In this document: positions 28,494 to 33,306 of the stretch, piece after piece
Position numbering within the stretch: the first letter of the stretch is position 1
How the letters are laid out: every line of letters starts with the position of its first letter
Program-made: the position numbers and the translations under genes
DNA from: a bacterium
GTDB taxonomy: Bacteria; Margulisbacteria; WOR-1; O2-12-FULL-45-9; XYB2-FULL-48-7
Direction of reading: 5' to 3'
DNA length: 33,306 bases
Assembly (NCBI GenBank): GCA_043812655.1
Contig: JBDRLW010000032.1
Span: forward strand, 1 to 33,306
Notes under the pieces: model-generated
The model's input: only the letters and a program-made list of their open reading frames with translations
The model's database searches: none
Told to the model about the DNA's origin: nothing

Positions 28494-29215
28494 TAAAATT
28501 CCAGAAACTAACTAAATATTTCGGCAAAGTTAAGGTCATCGAAGCTTGCGACCTGCAAATAGAGGACGGCTCCTCGGTCGCGATCATCGGCCCTTCCGGT
28601 TGCGGCAAGAGCACCATCCTAAGATTAATTATCCGCTTGATCGAACCGACCTCCGGCTCGATCTTTGTCAACCAGCAAAACGTCGGCCGGCTTTCGGATG
28701 ATGAGCTGATCGAACTGCGCAAAAAGATCGGGATGATCTTCCAAACCTCGGCTTTATTCGACTCAATGAACGTCTATGAAAATGTGGCTTTTGCCCTGCG
28801 CGAGCATACGAATAAAAGCGAGCGGGAAATAAAGAGGATCGTGGCGGAAAAACTAAAAATGGTGGAACTGGAAGGGGTTGGCGAGCTGATGCCTTCTGAA
28901 TTGTCAGGCGGGATGCAGCGCCGGGTTTGCATCGCCAGAGCGCTGGCTTTTGACCCCAAGATCATCCTTTACGACGAGCCGACCACCGGCCTTGACCCGA
29001 TCACTTCTGTCACGATCGAGAATTTAATGGTAAAATTGGGCCGTGAATTAAAAGTTACGTCGATCCTGGTGACCCATGTTTTGCAAACGGTTTATCGGGT
29101 GGCCAACAAGGTTTACATGCTGAATGAAGGAAAGTTGATCGATATCGGCACGCCGGAAGAGACAAAAAACTCAAAAAATCCTATCGTCGCAAAATTTATT
29201 TCGGGAGGTTTGTAA
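28490..29215 (+). CDS. mlaF: MlaF-family ABC ATPase
   Basis: Walker A GPSGCGKS; FQ.SALFDSMNVYENVAF; LSGGMQRR; LYDEPTTGLDP. Confidence 0.95.
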   Translation: MIKFQKLTKYFGKVKVIEACDLQIEDGSSVAIIGPSGCGKSTILRLIIRLIEPTSGSIFVNQQNVGRLSDDELIELRKKIGMIFQTSALFDSMNVYENVAFALREHTNKSEREIKRIVAEKLKMVELEGVGELMPSELSGGMQRRVCIARALAFDPKIILYDEPTTGLDPITSVTIENLMVKLGRELKVTSILVTHVLQTVYRVANKVYMLNEGKLIDIGTPEETKNSKNPIVAKFISGGL

Positions 29216-29216
29216 T

Positions 29217-30338
29217 ATGGGACTGTCCAATTCAGCTAAAGTCGGGATTCTGATGGTTATCGCACTAACCATCTTGTCAATGGTCATTATCTGGAAGACG
29301 GAAATTTTTAAAATGAGGGAAGGTTATATTTTAACCGGGTCATTTAATAATATTGAGGGGCTAACGCTTGGTTCAGAAGTCCGTTTCCGCGGGTTAAAAG
29401 TCGGTAAAGTGACCAAGATCGACCCCAGTCCATATGATATTAAAGTATTTTCCGTGATCGAGCCGCGCATCAGGATCCCGGTCGATTCCAGCTTGCGCGT
29501 CGCTTACGACGGGATAGTCGGCTTAAAATATCTAGAGATCAAGCCGGGAACTTCGGAAGCCATGTATAATCCCTCCATGGAAATCTTAGGAGAGCGGACA
29601 GCGGCGATCGTCGACTTTATTGATATCGCGGCGCAGAACCTGGTCGAGACCAAGGCGATCCTGGAAAGTGTCCGGCTAATCATCGAAGACCCCGCCCTAC
29701 AGCAAGCCTTTAAGAACGCGGTCTTTACGGCGGATAAGGCGGCCGGGAAAATTGAGCTGTTGACCGATGAGCTCCGGGAGACCAATCAAGGGATTAAGGA
29801 TATCGTTGGCGACCCGAAATTCCAGGCAAATGTTAAGGGGACGATCGGCGAGACCGAAAAGACCCTTTCTTCCGCCAACCGCTTCTTTGAAAGCGTGGGA
29901 AAAGTGAATTTACGCGCTTCCGGCGGCGTTGATGTCGGCAGTACAGCTAATGCGGTCCGCGGCGACGTTGACATCATCCAAAACGAAAAGACTTATTACC
30001 GGATCGGGTTTGGCGAAGGTCCGACCAGGCAGATGAGTTTGCTTGATTTTCTCTTGACCAATAAGATCAATGAAAGCGTTGGCTACCGGTTAGGTGTGAT
30101 CAATAGCCAGTTGGGTGGCGGGATGTTCATCAAGTCTAATTTTGGGGGAAATATGCTGGCCGATATTTATGATATCAATAACCCACGGCCAAATGCTCCG
30201 AAGGTCCGCGTGGGCTACGAACATGAGATCCAGCCGTACATGGATATGCTCGTTCAGGGTGACGACATGTTGAACGGAGCAACTCGGAACTATATGCTCG
30301 GGATCAGGGTCAAATCGGTCGGGGATAAATTATTCTAA
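29217..30338 (+). CDS. mlaD: MCE/MlaD protein with helical stalk and C-terminal beta-rich domain
   Basis: KVG-TM helix; MCE motifs F..IEGL..GSEVRFRGLKVGKV and GIVGLKYLEI.PG; helical middle; C-terminal alternating beta strands. Confidence 0.9.
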   Translation: MGLSNSAKVGILMVIALTILSMVIIWKTEIFKMREGYILTGSFNNIEGLTLGSEVRFRGLKVGKVTKIDPSPYDIKVFSVIEPRIRIPVDSSLRVAYDGIVGLKYLEIKPGTSEAMYNPSMEILGERTAAIVDFIDIAAQNLVETKAILESVRLIIEDPALQQAFKNAVFTADKAAGKIELLTDELRETNQGIKDIVGDPKFQANVKGTIGETEKTLSSANRFFESVGKVNLRASGGVDVGSTANAVRGDVDIIQNEKTYYRIGFGEGPTRQMSLLDFLLTNKINESVGYRLGVINSQLGGGMFIKSNFGGNMLADIYDINNPRPNAPKVRVGYEHEIQPYMDMLVQGDDMLNGATRNYMLGIRVKSVGDKLF

Positions 30339-30341
30339 GGC

Positions 30342-30370
30342 TTGACAGGTAGTAGCGCAGGACGTAGAAT
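30342..30370 (+). promoter_or_regulatory. Near-consensus sigma70 promoter
   Basis: TTGACA-N17-TAGAAT, then a GGGAGGTG SD. Confidence 0.8.
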
Positions 30371-30398
30371 TCAAAAATGAAAGGGAGGTGTTTTTATA

Positions 30399-30545
30399 AT
30401 GGCGGAAGTTAAAGCTTATTGTGTCAAATGCAAAAAGAAACAGACCATGCAAGATGCGAAGGTCGTAACAATGAAGAATGGCCGAAAGGCGTCTAAGGGA
30501 AAATGTCCTGATTGCGGGACCAGCATGTTCCGGATCGGCGGATAG
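30399..30545 (+). CDS. 48-aa basic zinc-ribbon protein (DUF5679-like), not in the ORF track
   Basis: MAEVKAYCVKCKKKQTMQDAKVVTMKNGRKASKGKCPDCGTSMFRIGG, with two CxxC motifs. Has its own promoter, SD and terminator. Confidence 0.88.
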   Translation: MAEVKAYCVKCKKKQTMQDAKVVTMKNGRKASKGKCPDCGTSMFRIGG

Positions 30546-30551
30546 TTTCTG

Positions 30552-30571
30552 TTTGCTAACTAGTTAGCAAA
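30552..30571. repeat. Perfect 20-bp palindrome
   Basis: TTTGCTAACT|AGTTAGCAAA. Confidence 0.85.
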
Positions 30572-30572
30572 A

Positions 30573-30602
30573 GGGGTCGTATTGAGAGATACGGCCTTTT
30601 TT
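30573..30602 (+). terminator. Rho-independent terminator
   Basis: GGTCGTATT-GAGA-GATACGGCC stem (GNRA loop) followed by TTTTTT. Confidence 0.82.
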
Positions 30603-30610
30603 GTTATAAT
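30602..30610 (+). promoter_or_regulatory. Extended -10 promoter of dnaE
   Basis: TGTTATAAT, 8 nt before ATG 30619. Confidence 0.62.
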
Positions 30611-30618
30611 CGGGAACA

Positions 30619-33306
30619 ATGCCTCACGAAAAGTTTGTCCATCTTCATACCCATACCGAATACAGCCTGCTCGATGGCGCCTGCCGGATCGCTGACCTCA
30701 TAAAGAGGGCCAAAGAACATAATATGCCGGCATTGGCCGTCACCGACCACGGAAACATGTACGCCGCGGTTGATTTTTACCGCCAAGCTAAGGAAACCGA
30801 GGTAAAACCGATAATCGGTTGCGAACTTTATGTCGCGCCAAGGTCCCGCCACGATAAAGAGACCAAAGAAGACCGCTCTCCCTACCATTTAACCGCTTTG
30901 GTCAAAAATGAAACTGGCTACAAAAATCTGGTTAATCTGGTTTCATTAGCCTCGATCGAAGGGTTTTATAATCGCCCTCGGGTTGACCGTGAACTCCTGG
31001 AAAAATACCATGAAGGACTGATCATTCTATCTGGCTGTGCTGATGGGGAAATTTCCCGGGCTCTCTTAGAAGGGGACAAAGCCAAGGCTAAAGGCATTGC
31101 TCTGCGGCAAAGAGAGCTTTGGGGCGATGATTATTATCTCGAAGTCATGGATTTGAAAATGGAGCAATTTGCCGGACTCAAGCCGGCTTTTGGCGAACTC
31201 TCAAAAGAAACTGGGATCCCACTAGTAGCCACAAATGACGTCCATTGTTTGACCCGTGAAGATATCTATCTGCAAGATGTCCTGCTTTGCATCCAAACTA
31301 ATGCTTTCTTAGATGATGAAAAACGTTTTAAGTTTGACTCCCAAGAATTTTACATGAAAACTCCAGCGGAAATGGCCCGGCTTTTTGCCGAAGTGCCGCA
31401 AGCGATAACTAATACCTTGGCCATCGCGGAAAAATGCGACTTTAAATTAGAAATGGGGGTTCTCCACCTGCCAAACTTTGAAGTACCAGAAGGAAATACC
31501 CCGGAATCTTTCCTGGAAAAATTAGTTTGGGAAGGGATAAAAAAGAAATATGGGTCGCTCCTCCCGCCCGAAGTTATCGACCGGGTAAAGTACGAGCTCT
31601 ACACTATTGAAAAGATGGGTTACGCCTCATATTTCTTGATCGTCCAAGATTTCATCAATTGGGCCAAAACTAATGGGATCCAGGTTGGACCGGGCAGGGG
31701 TTCAGCTGGCGGCAGTATCGTCTCTTACGCTTTGGGCATCACTAATATTGAACCGCTAAAATACGGCTTGATCTTTGAACGTTTTCTCAACCTCGAGCGA
31801 ATTTCCATGCCTGATATTGATATTGACTTTTGTTTTGAAAACCGGGGAAAAGTTATTGAATATGTAACTAAAAAATATGGTTCTGACCATGTCGCCCAAA
31901 TCATCACCTTTGGAACGATGGCGGCGCGGGCAGCGATCCGCGATGTCGGCCGGGTCCAAAGAGTCCCACTGCCCGAAGTAGATAAGATCGCCAAGCTTGT
32001 CCCGATCGGTCCCGATGTAACACTTTCTTCCGCCCTGAGCGGGGTCAAAGAACTTAAAACAGCATACGAGAATCCGATCATCAAAAAACTGCTTGATACC
32101 GCCATGGGAATTGAAGGGATGGTCCGCCACGCTTCGGTCCACGCCGCTGGCGTAGTGATCTCCCAAAAGCCGGTGATGGAATACGCGCCGCTCCAACGGC
32201 TCGATGAAAACTCAATCGTCACCCAATATACGATGAACGATTTAGACAAAATTGGTCTCCTTAAAATGGATTTTTTAGGGTTACGTAATTTGACTATGAT
32301 CGCCCACGCGGTCGAGATACTGAAGAAAAACCGGAATATTGATGTTGATATCAATACTATTCCGCTTGATGATCTCAATACATACCGTCTTTTTAATGCC
32401 GGCGATACGATCGGGATTTTCCAGCTTGAAAGCCGGGGGATGCAACAACTAATAAAAGACCTTAAGCCATCTTATTTTGAAGAAATTATCGCCTTACTCG
32501 CCTTGTATCGACCAGGGCCGCTCGAAAGCGGCATGGTCGAAGATTTTGTCAAACGGAAACATAAAAAGGTCCCGATCAAGTATGAACTGCCGGAACTGCA
32601 ACCGATCCTGCGGGAAACCTACGGCGTCATCCTTTACCAGGAACAAGTGATGGAGATCGCCAGTAAGATCGCCGGCTTTTCGATGGGACAAGCGGATGTC
32701 CTGCGCGCCGCCATGGGTAAGAAAAAAGTTAAGGAGATGGAGAAGCAGAAAGAGCACTTTATCGAAGGGGCGGTCAAGCGGGGGATATCAAAACACAAAG
32801 CGGCCGAGCTATTTAATCTCTGCGCCAAGTTCGCCGGTTACGGTTTCAATAAGTCACACTCAACCTGTTACGCTTTTATCTCATACCAGACCGCTTATTT
32901 AAAGGCTAATTTCCCGGCCGAGTTTTTAGCGGCGCTCCTAACTTCCGTCATGGGAAATACTGACAAAACCCGGCTCTATCTAGCCGAAGCCAAGAAAATG
33001 AACCAAAAGATCCTGCCGCCCGATGTTAACGAGAGCGAGCGGACATTTACCGTCACCAAAGAGGGGATCAGGTTTGGTTTGACCGCCATTAAAAACGTCG
33101 GCATTGCCGCCATCGATTCGATCTTAGAAGCGAGAACCAAAGGCGGCCCCTTTGCTTCGTTCGATGATTTTTATAACCGGGTTGATACCAGGACGGTTAA
33201 TAAAAAAGTTGTAGAAAGCCTGATCAAAGCTGGGGCGTTTGATTCTTTTGCCCAGGGAAGGGCTTTTCTCCTTTCTAATGTTGAGCGGATGATCAGTCGG
33301 ATGAAC
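30619..33306 (+). CDS. dnaE: DNA polymerase III alpha subunit, 3'-truncated by the window (not in the ORF track)
   Basis: MPHEKFVHLHTHTEYSLLDGA, TDHGN, GPGRGSA, SMPDIDIDF, HASVHAAG, KMDFLGLRNLT, ALYRPGP, GYGFNKSH, all in one frame. Confidence 0.97.
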   Translation, partial: MPHEKFVHLHTHTEYSLLDGACRIADLIKRAKEHNMPALAVTDHGNMYAAVDFYRQAKETEVKPIIGCELYVAPRSRHDKETKEDRSPYHLTALVKNETGYKNLVNLVSLASIEGFYNRPRVDRELLEKYHEGLIILSGCADGEISRALLEGDKAKAKGIALRQRELWGDDYYLEVMDLKMEQFAGLKPAFGELSKETGIPLVATNDVHCLTREDIYLQDVLLCIQTNAFLDDEKRFKFDSQEFYMKTPAEMARLFAEVPQAITNTLAIAEKCDFKLEMGVLHLPNFEVPEGNTPESFLEKLVWEGIKKKYGSLLPPEVIDRVKYELYTIEKMGYASYFLIVQDFINWAKTNGIQVGPGRGSAGGSIVSYALGITNIEPLKYGLIFERFLNLERISMPDIDIDFCFENRGKVIEYVTKKYGSDHVAQIITFGTMAARAAIRDVGRVQRVPLPEVDKIAKLVPIGPDVTLSSALSGVKELKTAYENPIIKKLLDTAMGIEGMVRHASVHAAGVVISQKPVMEYAPLQRLDENSIVTQYTMNDLDKIGLLKMDFLGLRNLTMIAHAVEILKKNRNIDVDINTIPLDDLNTYRLFNAGDTIGIFQLESRGMQQLIKDLKPSYFEEIIALLALYRPGPLESGMVEDFVKRKHKKVPIKYELPELQPILRETYGVILYQEQVMEIASKIAGFSMGQADVLRAAMGKKKVKEMEKQKEHFIEGAVKRGISKHKAAELFNLCAKFAGYGFNKSHSTCYAFISYQTAYLKANFPAEFLAALLTSVMGNTDKTRLYLAEAKKMNQKILPPDVNESERTFTVTKEGIRFGLTAIKNVGIAAIDSILEARTKGGPFASFDDFYNRVDTRTVNKKVVESLIKAGAFDSFAQGRAFLLSNVERMISRMN

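Noticed and set aside
32820..32880. Intein in dnaE at the FNKSH site
   Set aside because: The sequence reads continuously FAGYGFNKSHSTCY with no insertion.
30604..32902. Several minus-strand and off-frame ORFs (e.g. 31725-32378)
   Set aside because: All lie within dnaE, which the track missed because it has no stop inside the window.

Overview
A mostly housekeeping chromosomal window from a diderm bacterium. The SecG and RodA sequences look cyanobacterial, and the window has tRNA-Ala(CGC) and a Terrabacteria-type MlaD. I infer a non-photosynthetic relative of Cyanobacteria such as Saganbacteria/Margulisbacteria; this is not verified. Gene order: ispA(partial)-trpE-rodA, [fic, orphan, CheD/NTAN1-like deamidase islet], LptC/LptA-like (minus strand), gap-pgk-tRNA-Ala-secG, membrane protein, small OMP, mraY-murD-ftsW-murG-murC-murB, split transketolase, dCMP deaminase, pheA, YtxH cluster, argS, [rhuM pseudogene between two copies of the argS 3' end, helical-repeat orphan], ilvE-acpS-nnrD-mlaEFD, a 48-aa zinc-ribbon gene missing from the ORF track, and dnaE (partial). 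The most notable non-gene signals: (1) a REP-like hairpin doublet with compensatory base changes, present once intergenically and once in frame inside murG; (2) period-7 tandem arrays, two of them in variable loops of trpE and argS; (3) a 45-bp argS 3'-end duplication differing only at third codon positions; (4) at least six genes with a -10 box 6-8 nt before the start codon (leaderless architecture); (5) a shared sigma28-like motif upstream of both AT-rich orphan blocks. No CRISPR array, integrase, transposase, rRNA or intein was seen.
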